A DNA stretch of 63,972 bases, the filler included, from Reticulomyxa filosa (taxonomy: Eukaryota > Protista > Foraminifera): the NCBI GenBank assembly GCA_000512085.1. It is 14 parts of 14 records of this genome, joined end to end, with 100 filler letters (N's around TTAATTAATTAA, not from the genome) between each part and the next. Parts side by side here need not be neighbours in the genome. Positions count along the whole stretch, not along the records: positions 37,426 to 39,590 come from ASPP01009587.1; positions 39,691 to 40,974 come from ASPP01048924.1; positions 41,075 to 45,239 come from ASPP01006906.1; positions 45,340 to 47,551 come from ASPP01000482.1; positions 47,652 to 48,982 come from ASPP01040329.1; 9 more parts are not named here. One strand, 5' to 3'. The position numbers and the translations under genes were made by a program. Positions 38,181 to 49,082 of this stretch are shown here, piece after piece. How positions within the stretch are numbered: the stretch's first letter is position 1; each line of letters opens with the position of its first letter. Under the pieces are notes generated by a model. That model searched no databases. It was not told where the DNA came from and saw nothing but the letters and a program-made list of their open reading frames with translations.

Positions 38181-38972
38181 TCAGCGTACCAGAGCACGGC
38201 GCTCCCGCTCAAGCTGCGCGATGTAGCGCTGTACCAGCGTCTCGCGTGGCGTGTTCATACCCTGGAACATACAACCCACACGCAGCATTTCCGTGCCATT
38301 TTTCATCTGCAAACGCATGATATGGCGCACTTCCACCCCCACTTGCAAGGTGCCGAACGGTTTCAGTTCAATCACGGCCTGCTGGTACACCTGGCCGGCT
38401 TCCAGCCAGTCGCCATGCGACACCGGCAATGTCAGCGCCATGCCGCCCAGGCTGATGTCGAACAGCGGCAGCAGCTTCTCGCCGCTGGCGTGGTCAACCA
38501 GCCGGCACAGCACCGGCTGTGCCACCGGGGTATGGATACGGAAAAATTCGCGCCGCTGCAGCTTGATGACCTGGGTCGGCAGCGGCGATTCGAACGCCGG
38601 CGCGCCTTCAAAGCTGATTTCGCGCACCGGCCCGGTAGAAAACTGGGTTTTCACCCCCGCCGGCGCACTGACGAACACATTGCGCTCGCTCTGCAGCAGC
38701 ATGCGGTTTTCGTGCTCCTTGGCGCCCCAGTCCAGCACCATCACGCCGCGCTCGGGGTCGATATCGAGCAAGCGGGTAATGATGAACGACTTGCCCTTGT
38801 TGGAGAACACGGTCACGTTCTGGCGGTGGTCGATGATGGTGCGCAGATGCGCCACGATCTCGGCCCGCGAGGACAGCGTGTATTTCGCCAGGTCAGCCGG
38901 CTCGCTGCCGGCGCGTTTTTCTTCAGTCACGATCACGGTTTCCGCACTATTGCCTGCCAGAATGACAGGCAA
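38181..38972 (-). CDS. ycgR: Flagellar brake protein YcgR (c-di-GMP-binding PilZ domain; bacterial)
   Basis: YcgR-type N-domain followed by PilZ motifs QRREFFR and DISLGG; C-terminus VQRYIAQLERERR. Confidence 0.92.
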   Translation of the reverse strand: MPVILAGNSAETVIVTEEKRAGSEPADLAKYTLSSRAEIVAHLRTIIDHRQNVTVFSNKGKSFIITRLLDIDPERGVMVLDWGAKEHENRMLLQSERNVFVSAPAGVKTQFSTGPVREISFEGAPAFESPLPTQVIKLQRREFFRIHTPVAQPVLCRLVDHASGEKLLPLFDISLGGMALTLPVSHGDWLEAGQVYQQAVIELKPFGTLQVGVEVRHIMRLQMKNGTEMLRVGCMFQGMNTPRETLVQRYIAQLERERRALVR

Positions 38973-38974
38973 TT

Positions 38975-39564
38975 CTAGCGCAACAGCTGCTGCAAATCAT
39001 GGGCAATGTCCGCCGCCGGCGTGCCGTACGGCACATAAACGCGCAGTTTGCCCGCCGTATCGAACAGATAGCTGCCGGCGCTATGGTCCATGGTATAGCC
39101 ACCATCGGCCCGGTCCTGGCGCTGCGCCACGATCTTGTACTGCGCAGCCACCTTGGCCACTTGCTCCGCACTGCCGGTCAGGCCCATGAAACGCTTGTCG
39201 AAAAACGGCACGTAACCGGCCAGCACCTGCGGCGTATCGCGTTGCGGGTCGATGCTGACAAACAGCACCTGCACGCGGTCGCTGTCCTTGCCCAGCAGCT
39301 TCATCACCTGCTGGTACTCCAGCATGGTGGTGGGGCAGATATCGGGGCAGTGGGTATAGCCGAAGAACAGCGCCACCGCCTTGCCCTGGTAGTCGTCCAG
39401 CGCGTGCGGCTTGCCGTCCTGGCCGGTTAGCGTGAACGGCTGGCCGAAATCGGCGCTGCTGATGTCAGTGGCTTTCAGCGTTAACGGCTGGGGGTCGGGC
39501 GTGCACGCGGCCAACCCGAACAGCAGCAGGGCGGCGGCACAGCAAGAGGCATCACGGACTTCAT
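38975..39564 (-). CDS. SCO1/SenC-family copper chaperone lipoprotein (bacterial)
   Basis: FFGYTHCPDICP (CxxxC), FVSIDPQRDTP, YTMDHS, and lipobox LAAC. The ATG at 39564 is in frame only if one T is added at 39544-45. Confidence 0.93.
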
Positions 39565-39690
39565 CGAGGCATCCCGTAGCAATAAGGAAGNNNNNNNNNN
39601 NNNNNNNNNNNNNNNNNNNNNNNNNNNNNNNNNNTTAATTAATTAANNNNNNNNNNNNNNNNNNNNNNNNNNNNNNNNNNNNNNNNNNNN

Positions 39691-40974
39691 TTTACTTTAT
39701 CAATAAATTCATCAATTTCATCTTTTGTCATTTTCGGAGATGGATTGCATACCATTTCATAATTCAATTCTAGTTCAAACAATTGTTTGAAATTCTTACT
39801 ATCTTTCTCTTTCACATTTTTGAGATTTTTCCATTTGTCGTTATCATTATATTCGCTGATAGCAATTAGTATTACCAATGCATTTTTGATTGTCTTTGTT
39901 TTCCCAAGTATTATTGATTGTTGAAATGAAATCCAAATAATTTTAAATGTAGGTTCATTACTTTCAAATTCTTTCATAACATCTTCATCTGATTCAATAA
40001 TATTATTCCTCATATCAACCAATTGCAATTTTAAGTTTTCATTGTTGATTTTTTGGAAAGCTTTTGACTCCAAACAATGATAAGTTTGGCGAAGCAGTTC
40101 TTCAAATGACAATTCCTTCATTTTTATAACTTTTTTTATTTCATCAATTATCACACATGCTGTCCACTATTTTATATTTTTATCGTAATTTTGGCACAAA
40201 AACAATTATCAAAGATTATACATTATTAATTAACTTCCTCTTCTTTGTTTTCTAGATTAGTTTTAATAAATTTAAGGTAAGAATCAATGGAAAAACGAAT
40301 AGAAGTGATATCATCTTTTGTGATTTCATTTTTCCATTTGCATTCATTTAATAACCATACTTCAAATTGTTCATTTGACATTATTTTACATTTTTGAATA
40401 ATCTCTGTTTTATCTTTTTGTTCTCTTTCATTCCACCATTCCATCCATCTTTTATTTTTTTCCTATTTTTATATTTTTGTTTAATATATATTAAAAATAA
40501 TTTACATTTTTTAATTTGTTAATTAAAAAATTATCTTTAATTTTCCAGTTATAAAGCAATGCTCAACATCGTTATCTTTTTTCACTTTGTTTACTATTGT
40601 TTCCATTTCATTTTTCTTCTTTTCTTTTTCTTTTTCTTCCACTTTCAATTCAATTCCTTTTTTCATCTCTTCTTCACTCAACCATTCACGAACTTCAATT
40701 TTCACGTGTGTTGATCCTCCAATAATATGCACATATGTGTTGTCTTCACTCAATATTGCAACACAACTATCTAATGGACTGGATAAAGTGTTTTGAAATA
40801 TCATCCATTTGTTTTCTCGAATTGAATACTTGTGCACTGATTTTGAAATAATTTCATCTGGTCCATTCTTACAATTCCATCCACCAAAGAACAAGATGAC
40901 ATCATTGATACGCACATATGCATAATAATTGAATGGTGCAATATCATCACAAACAGGTAGTTTCTGAAATTGAA
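39691..40974 (-). CDS. Kelch-repeat + helical + PB1-like + caspase-like (peptidase C14) protein, internal fragment of a multicopy family
   Basis: Kelch blades (VILFFGGW..VHKYSIRENKW; VHIIGG), then NALVILIAISEY..WKNLKNV.EKDSKNFKQLFE..LNYEM, the N-terminal pattern of a caspase/metacaspase p20. The catalytic His-Cys would lie beyond the contig end. Confidence 0.7.
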
Positions 40975-41074
40975 NNNNNNNNNNNNNNNNNNNNNNNNNN
41001 NNNNNNNNNNNNNNNNNNTTAATTAATTAANNNNNNNNNNNNNNNNNNNNNNNNNNNNNNNNNNNNNNNNNNNN

Positions 41075-41986
41075 AAAAAAAAGAGGAATTGCAAATGATA
41101 ACATTGAACCAAGTCATTTGGATAGGGCCGTTAATACTGGCGCTGTTTCTCTTTCCACAGTACTCGGCAGAGCGGCAGATAATAGTGATGGCGCTTGTGG
41201 CGGGTCTTCATGGGATGAACGGAATGATAGTGCTGCGGCCCAAAGACTTGTACTATGGGATTGGTGACACGAATATTCGAGATATTGGGCAAGGGAGATG
41301 GACATGTTGCCGTATACGTCAGAGGTATGTATTGGAACATGCAACGCAACAGAGTCATCCCTCGTTGGATGCACAAACGATCGCGACGATGAAAAAAGAC
41401 AAGTCATTGGCAGACGAAAAGCGCATGAAGAATAAGACGGCATTGGAGCTGAGTTATCAGATCACATTGGAGGAAGTACTCGCAGACAAGTATGGCTTTG
41501 AGCTCTTTGCGGCGCATTTGGTAAAGGAATTGTCGTTGGAAAATCTCTTGTTTTATTGGAATATATGCAATTGAAACACTTTGTGACCGTCCATCAGCTG
41601 CACAAACATGTGACTGATATCGGCCTCCAAATCCGCATTTTCCCGGGTCTTATTCAAAAAACTTGCATCCACGCTTGTTGCAAACCACCATGCCAGCAGC
41701 GACGGTTTGGCTTATTTGTTTGGATATGTTTCGCTATCTCTATGGTCATTACATCATGGATGGCTCGGTTGCGCTGTTGAATCTGTCCTTTGAATCTAAT
41801 TCCAATATTGCACGATGCATTGAAGACTTGCATCGCTATTCGCACTTTGATATCTTGAAACCTTTGTTTGCTGTTTTTGATGTCGCCGCCATGGATGTCT
41901 TTCGTTTGCTCAGGGGTGATTCCTTTTATCGTTTCCAACTTTCTCGTGAATGTATTCGATATTGCGAAGAGTTGTTCAAAAAATAA
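41075..41986 (+). CDS. Transmembrane-RGS fusion (7TM-RGS-like), C-terminal part
   Basis: Two hydrophobic helices, then LEEVLADKYGFELFAAHLVKELSLENLLF..YGHYIMDGSVALLNLS..VFRLLRGDSFYRFQLS (RGS domain). Homopolymer frameshifts at 41551-54 and 41656-61. Confidence 0.8.
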
Positions 41987-44769
41987 TCTTTGCAACAAAA
42001 GTACTGTCGTATCAACAATGACAATAATAACATACACATTTTTTTATTTTTTTTTTTAATCCGTACATTTGTAATACGTCCTCCCTTTCTGACTTGTTGA
42101 TACGTGGACAGAGGGGGGGAGGGGGGGGGAGGGTTTTCCCCGATGGCATTCTCATGTTTTCTATAGCGAGCATTAATTGCTTGCCATTGGTGTTTTTGAA
42201 AACTGCTTGTAGATATACTGTACTAGTAAGCAATTCAAATGAGGTCCTTTTTTCCTCTACCCACTTTTTTAGCCCTATTGTTGTTGCTTTTTTTTTGTAC
42301 TGCAAAACGGGCACTGTTCATTTGCTAGTATGCGTTCTTTTTTTAAAAAAAAGATTGGTATGTGTGAAATGTCGATTCTACGTTTTTCTTTTTTTATTTT
42401 GATATGATTGTCATTTTCAAATCATTTTAGCTGCGAATATAAACAGCAAGCACAAAAATGCAGATAAAAAAGAGAAAACATTGTTGCACAATTTTTTTTT
42501 TTGTTTTGCGTTGGCATTTCTTTTTTTTAGTTCCGAAATAAAAAGCACAAAAAAACTCCAGTTTGTATCAAAAACCTTTTTAAAAAATACTTACACATCA
42601 TAATGGCCCCAATATCTTTTTTTTGTTAATTTAATAAGAAACTTGTTTTCTCCTTTCACATAATACCTACTTTAGATCTAATCCGTAGAAAATGGTAATT
42701 AAAACTAAATATTTCGTTTCTTCAAGAAAAAATTCAAAGAATTGTCATTTAAAAAGCAAGCTGTGTTTAAAGAAAAGTAATTTATTCTAAAAATTGCAAA
42801 TCGAATGTTAAAACAAATATGTTAATGAGTTCTATTTGATAGACTATCGCAAAATCGAATTGTACCAAACAAAGACAGAAATTGGACCTTCCAAAACTAA
42901 GTTTGCTACAATAAGACTAATTTTAAAATTGCTGTTTAAATACAAGTCTTAAAGTTAAGAAACCACTTATTACAATGTGTCATCGTCGATTGCGCCTTCA
43001 ATTTGCATTAAAGTATCGAAATTGCACCACTGAATATTGTCGTTCAGATATGAAACTCGCATAAAACGAATCAACAGTGACATAAAACAATATTGTTGGA
43101 GACGCGTAAACGAGCATGTGTCCTTTCGCACCAGTAAGTTTACTGTCAATAATGGTGGAGATAGTTTTATAGTTTGAAATTGTATGTGATCAAATGGAGT
43201 TAGTTGGGCCACAAAAATTAATGGCAATATGGACTCAAAATTGTACTTAGATTTGCTTAAAGATGAAATGAAGAAAAGTGTAGTCCATTGTGTTAGTATT
43301 GAATTTGAAAATGAATATATGTATATGTATATGCTTACTTTTGTACGCAGATTAGAATTTCACAAAAAATCTAGAGGTGATTTACTTTTCGTAGTTGCAA
43401 TGTATATCATTAATTGTGATTCAAAAAAAGTGCAAAATTAGAATCTGTTTTGTTGATAGAATCAGAGAAATTATCACAACGAAGCGCTTCTAAATTTTGT
43501 CGATGAGCATAGTCTCGTTTAATCTCACATAGCATTTGAATAAGGAACTGTGATTGGCATCGATAATCAGAATTAGACAAAGTATTATAATGCAAATCTG
43601 ACAAAGACACAATAGGAGAGTAATCAATAAATCCATGATTTTTGCCTATTTGAATTCCATCTTCACTCGATTTCTTCACAATCTCATCACACAATTTTTT
43701 TTACAATTTTCTCAATTTCCGTCTGATTTTTTTCTTTTCTCTTTTGCTTACAAGTGTATACGTTCTCCAAAAAGATAATGCTGTTCTATGCAAACCACTA
43801 GAATTTGGATCAAGCAAATGACCGATATAAAAGTAAAGGTTTTTCCTAAAAAAAAAAAGGGTTGCCAAGTATTCTGCACATCATTATAACATGTAATTTC
43901 CCATTTTCGAAATGCTATGCCAATGAAATTTGCCAATAGAAGAAGAGCTTTTGTCATTAAAAAAATTCGACCATATTGCTTTTACCACATTTGTTATTGA
44001 TAGAAATTATAACTTCTTTCTTTTTATGGTCGATAACCAGATTCAATGTTTCCTTGCGTTTGTTCATCCAATCGAACTGACAAGGTTCTTTCAATTGTAA
44101 CGTTGACTTTTTTTTTTTTTTTTTGTTTACAAAAAAGGTTTTCTTTTTGAAATTATTTTTGAATTCTCACACTTAACTTGTTTGTACAAGAAAGCACTAT
44201 ATGTTAACATACAATTACATGAATGTAAAAGCAAAGGTAAATACTCAAATGACGATGATTCTAAATGCGAGAAAATATGCATAGTGATATTGTTAGGCAG
44301 AATTTCATCAATGAAAGACTTTTATTTCTTTGAGCAACGCATGCTCTTGATTGTTGTCATCCGTACCACCTTCTTCAATCACTTTCTTCATCTTGATCAT
44401 CCTTTCCTCTAGGAATTCTTTCAAGTCTTTCATCTCGCATAATTCGCCCAAGAGCGTCAATATCTCTTGACGCTGTGCACGTTTTTCACAAAATCTTCCA
44501 AATGCTGGCACAGATACAAATATGACTTCATATCTAGTAATAATGATGGATAAAAGGGCGCTCACTCGAAAATTGATAAACGGGGAAAAAAGGGTGCCTT
44601 TTGCGTTGCAAGTAGTAAAAACAGAATGATAAATTTTTTTCAACAAATATTTTTTCTAATAAAAAAAAAGATCAAAACCAAAGCGCGCTCAAACCAAAGT
44701 TTTGGAGCGTTTCCTTAAAGACGTTAGTTTTTTTTTCCCTTGGGTAAGAGAAGATAACAAACGGATCAA

Positions 44770-45190
44770 ATGGATACTGAGAGGGTGATTGTAACGCTCT
44801 TGCAAATAGTGATAGATAGCATGACATTTTTATTTTTATGTGGCTTGACTGTTCGCTTTTACAAGCACACACGACACAGTATAAATATGGGAATAACATC
44901 ACTCGGAGGCAGGCGAGTGAGCGAAAGAAGTGGAAAAAGTCAATCCACTTCAACACAGGAAGGCAATGTGATACAGCAAGAGTTTGTCTCCCCAGTAATG
45001 ATATTGTTGCCATTAGTGTCGATGATAATGTTCGCAATGGTGGAATTAATAAAGATTGCATGGGGAGTGGCAAGTGTGAAGGAGTTAAACAACAGACCTG
45101 CGTTTGTTATTGCCGGAGAAATTGGTGGCGCTTTCTATTTCATTGGAAGATTTCTTATGCTATTTTTGTATTTCTATCGATTGCAAGTTT
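44770..45190 (+). CDS. Multi-pass membrane (GPCR-like) protein, N-terminal three TM helices, truncated
   Basis: Three hydrophobic segments ending FYFIGRFLMLFLYFYRL. Confidence 0.5.
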
Positions 45191-45339
45191 CAATCAAAAA
45201 AAAAAAAAAAAAAAAAAAAGGGTTTTTTTTTTTTTTTTTNNNNNNNNNNNNNNNNNNNNNNNNNNNNNNNNNNNNNNNNNNNNTTAATTAATTAANNNNN
45301 NNNNNNNNNNNNNNNNNNNNNNNNNNNNNNNNNNNNNNN

Positions 45340-45755
45340 ATACAAATAGCGTGATTAGTGTAAAATATGGATCAAATAAATTAATGAATACAATATTATC
45401 TGGATCAAATGATAAAAGTGTTCGTTTGTGGGATATTCGATCTGGTAAACAAATTCAAGTGTTCAATGGACATATTAATTTGGTATATGATGTTGAATAT
45501 TCACCATTTATAATAAAAAATAGTAATGGTATTTCAAATGTGATATGTTCTGGATCAGAAGATAATACAATTCGTTTTTGGGATATTCGATCAAATAAGC
45601 ATGAATTGTATATAATCGAAAGTGAGAAAACAGATCGTGGAATATTTTGTCTTAAATTTATTGCATTGAAAAAGAAAGAGAAAAGAAATAATGTTACATA
45701 TGATTTGAATTTATGTTACGGTTCAAATAATGGTCCCATTCGTATTTGGGGATAA
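45340..45755 (+). CDS. WD40-repeat protein, C-terminal fragment
   Basis: ILSGSNDKSVRLWDIRSGKQIQVFNGH, ICSGSEDNTIRFWDIR and LCYGSNNGPIRIWG*. Confidence 0.92.
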
Positions 45756-47109
45756 TTTACTTTTTTGTCAAATAAGAAATGAAATTTTTTTTGTTTGAAA
45801 AGTTTGATTAAAAAAAAGTAATATGATATTAAACTTGTTTGATTTGATTGAATGCAATCATTGGAAGATATGTTTTATTTTACTTGATTGTTTAAAAAAT
45901 TTGAAAAAGTTGCATTCAATGTTTTTTAAATAATTGAAAAGTATAAGTAATGAAAATTGTATCTAAATATCAAAATAAGTTGCAGGATATTTCAAGTGTT
46001 AGTTTTTTTTTATTGCAAATCACTACTACTTTTTTAAAATTGTTAAAAACTATTTTGTAATAAAAACCAATTTTTTAATGAATTTCACGATTTTATTCAA
46101 ATGAAAGATCAAGGATTAATTGTAATATAGATACGTTTTTGTAAACATAGAATACACAATAATGATAACAAAAGCAAAATTGCAGAAAACAAAGATATTG
46201 CAACTCTTTTTAAAGGACAAAAGTAGTCTTGCACATTTTATTAAGTTATTGACAAAAAATTCAAATACGATAAGTACACATAATGTAACACCACTTGGAT
46301 ACTTGTATATAAATTTGTATTCTTTTTTGATTGTATAATAAGAATAACAAGCTTTTTGAATTTATTATTTTGTAAATTGCAATAAATACATCATTGATGT
46401 TGTTATATTTTGATTTTGATTCAAACCAATTAAAGTAGTATTTGATTGGTAATGGTTATCTTTCACAGGAATTAACATGTTCTGAATTAAAGAACATTGC
46501 ATTTATAGTTGTTCACAGTCTGGTCAACTATATGATATCTTGAATAGCAGTATATTATTATTTTGTTTTGCGATGCAAAAATGATATTTGTATTGTACTT
46601 CTTTTTTTATTATTTTGTAAAAGTATAAATTACATTCTGAATCAGCAATGAGACTGTGATCTGTTCAATCACAACTGACACGTTACCATTGCTTTGTTCA
46701 AGCTTTTTCTTCAGTACTCTTTGAAAAAATTCAATATTTCAAGTTTTTTAAATAATATTCAGTGCTCTTCAAAATAAAAAAGATTTATATCATGAATTAT
46801 TACAAAGACAATATTGTTCGATTATATACAAAAAATACAACACTTGAAATATCTTGCAATTTATTTTGATATTTGGATACAATTTTCATTAATTATACTT
46901 TTTAATTCTTTAAAAAACATTGAACGCAGCTTTTTCAAATCATATGTAAAATTCTTTGTCTTTTTCTTTTTCAATACAATAAATTTAAGACAAGTTATCT
47001 TAGTTCCAAGATAATTTAAAAAGTTCAGTTTTCTAAACAAAGGTAATTGTTTCCTTCACAAACTCAACAAACTTTTTTCTTGTTCGACCCCTTTCATTAA
47101 AAAAAAGAG

Positions 47110-47551
47110 ATGATGCTCTTGAATGTCGAAAGTGAAGAAAAAAAGTTGGAAAGCCAAAAAGAAATATATTCCCTTTCTGGATGCTTTTCCAAAGAGTGGG
47201 TATCGTTGACAAATGAACCAGAAAGACTGGAGACTTTAATTTGCTGTCTTTGCGATCAAATTGCAAATAATGGAATGGAATTGTGTTGTGATGAACATGA
47301 GAATGTAGATCAAATTTATTTAGTAGGAGAAGAATGTTTACAAAAGTATTTGAAACAAAACAATGGAAAATGTCCAATTCAACAACATGATTATTGCGAA
47401 TTTTCACAAAATAGAATTGTGAGAAAACTTATATCTGAATTATTGGTAATATGTCCTCGACAGTTTGATTTGAAAAAAAGACAATTGAATGAAGAAAAAA
47501 AATCAATAGAAGAAGAAGATAATGATAATGAATTAAATTCAAATTCAATTT
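47110..47551 (+). CDS. Cys-rich RING/TRAF-like N-terminal fragment (probably the next tandem member of the WD40 family)
   Basis: LICCLCDQIANNGMELCCDEH..GEECLQKYLKQNNGKCPIQQH..ELLVICP has the RING-like spacing of TRAF N-termini. Confidence 0.7.
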
Positions 47552-48334
47552 NNNNNNNNNNNNNNNNNNNNNNNNNNNNNNNNNNNNNNNNNNNNTTAAT
47601 TAATTAANNNNNNNNNNNNNNNNNNNNNNNNNNNNNNNNNNNNNNNNNNNNTACATTAGCTCTCCTTCTACAAAGTATCAAGTTTTCTTTCTTTTCAAAA
47701 ATTATTTTGAAAGAAAGCATCACGTGTGTATGATTACACTGATTGAAATAATTGTATTTCTTTGAAATTCATATTTCAACACAATAACCAATTCATCAAA
47801 AAGTCTTATGCAAATTGAAGATACAACTACTTATGACGTCGCATTTCAATCAAGGGAATTGGTGTAAAGTTGTATTCTTTTCCAATTAATTACATTATTT
47901 GGCAAAAGATAATTAGATGTCAATTTTTGTTTCCACTCAAGAGACAAGACATGGTTATCATCAAATCAAAAACATCTTAATTAAGAAATTTAAATAAGTG
48001 CTCATTATGTTACATTTAAAACTCTTTTTTTAAATAAAAATGTCAAATCTTATTACATTTACCATCAACAAGAAAAAAAGAATTAAAAACCACTGTTGAA
48101 AAAACAGCAAACAAGGGACTGTCCAGCAAAGTTTGTGTTTAAAGTTTTTCTTGCAAGTAGAAATAGTTGAATATCCAGAAGAATTATGTCGACTATTCCT
48201 TTGGAGTCAGTGATAACAGAAGTCCAAAAAATGACAAATTGTGTTTCAAAAAAAAGAGTGCAAGTTTTGTTTTTTTTTTTCTTTTGAAGCGATTTCAAAA
48301 AAAAAATTGGCACAATCCTACGTAAAAAAAAAAG

Positions 48335-48551
48335 TCCTTGCATTAGTGACATGACATTGCAAATGAATAAAAAGTTGATGCCAGTGATACGTGAGCCAAA
48401 TTATAGTGATAAGACATGGGACATGAGTATGGATAAGATGGTGATTGTGGTGGGAAATGAAAAGAAAGACCAAGCATTGAAGAGCATTCCATTGAAAGAG
48501 TATTTGGAGTCATTCGACAATGACGTCTGTGCCCGCAGCAACAAGCAACAG
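48335..48551 (+). pseudogene. Isolated fragment of a conserved-looking hypothetical protein (ISDMTL..MPVIREPNYSDKTWD..VVGNE..LKEYL)
   Basis: Short coding-like island of higher GC with no intact flanking exons. Confidence 0.45.
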
Positions 48552-48621
48552 GTAAGCACACTAAACTTGACACGATTAATTTGTATATATATCAATAATT
48601 TACATGACATAAATATATATA

Positions 48622-48982
48622 TATGGACACATTTTCAAATGAACAATTTGGAGTATGGTTATTAAATGAGTGCAAATGGAAACATGAAATTATAAAAGAT
48701 GATATTACTTCTATTCGTTTTTCCATTGATACTTATCCTTGAATTTAAAACGAATCAAGACAACAAAGAAGAGGAAGTTAATTAATTATATAATCTTTAA
48801 CAATTGTTTTTGCTCCAAATTATGATAACAATTATAAAATAGTGGGACAATCGATGAAAGAAAAAAGTTATAAAAATGAAGGAATTGTCATTTGAAGGAC
48901 TTCTTCACCAAACCTATAATTGTTTGAAGTCAAAAACCTTCCAAGAAGTCAACAATGAAAACTTAAAGTTGCAATTGTTTGA
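48622..48982 (+). pseudogene. Degenerate paralog of the Kelch/caspase-like family at 39691-40974
   Basis: Close nucleotide match to the reverse complement of ~40010-40385 (SNEQF.VWLLNECKWK.EI.KDDITSIRFSID; KMKELSFE.LL.QTY.CL.SK), with indels and without the Kelch part. Confidence 0.75.
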
Positions 48983-49082
48983 NNNNNNNNNNNNNNNNNN
49001 NNNNNNNNNNNNNNNNNNNNNNNNNNTTAATTAATTAANNNNNNNNNNNNNNNNNNNNNNNNNNNNNNNNNNNNNNNNNNNN

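Noticed and set aside
37378-39430. Long overlapping ORFs such as 37917-38978 and 38251-39189
   Set aside because: These are shadow ORFs of GC-rich hisG/ycgR/SCO.
37426-39590. Horizontal transfer of bacterial genes into the host
   Set aside because: The whole contig is bacterial in style with no junction to host DNA.
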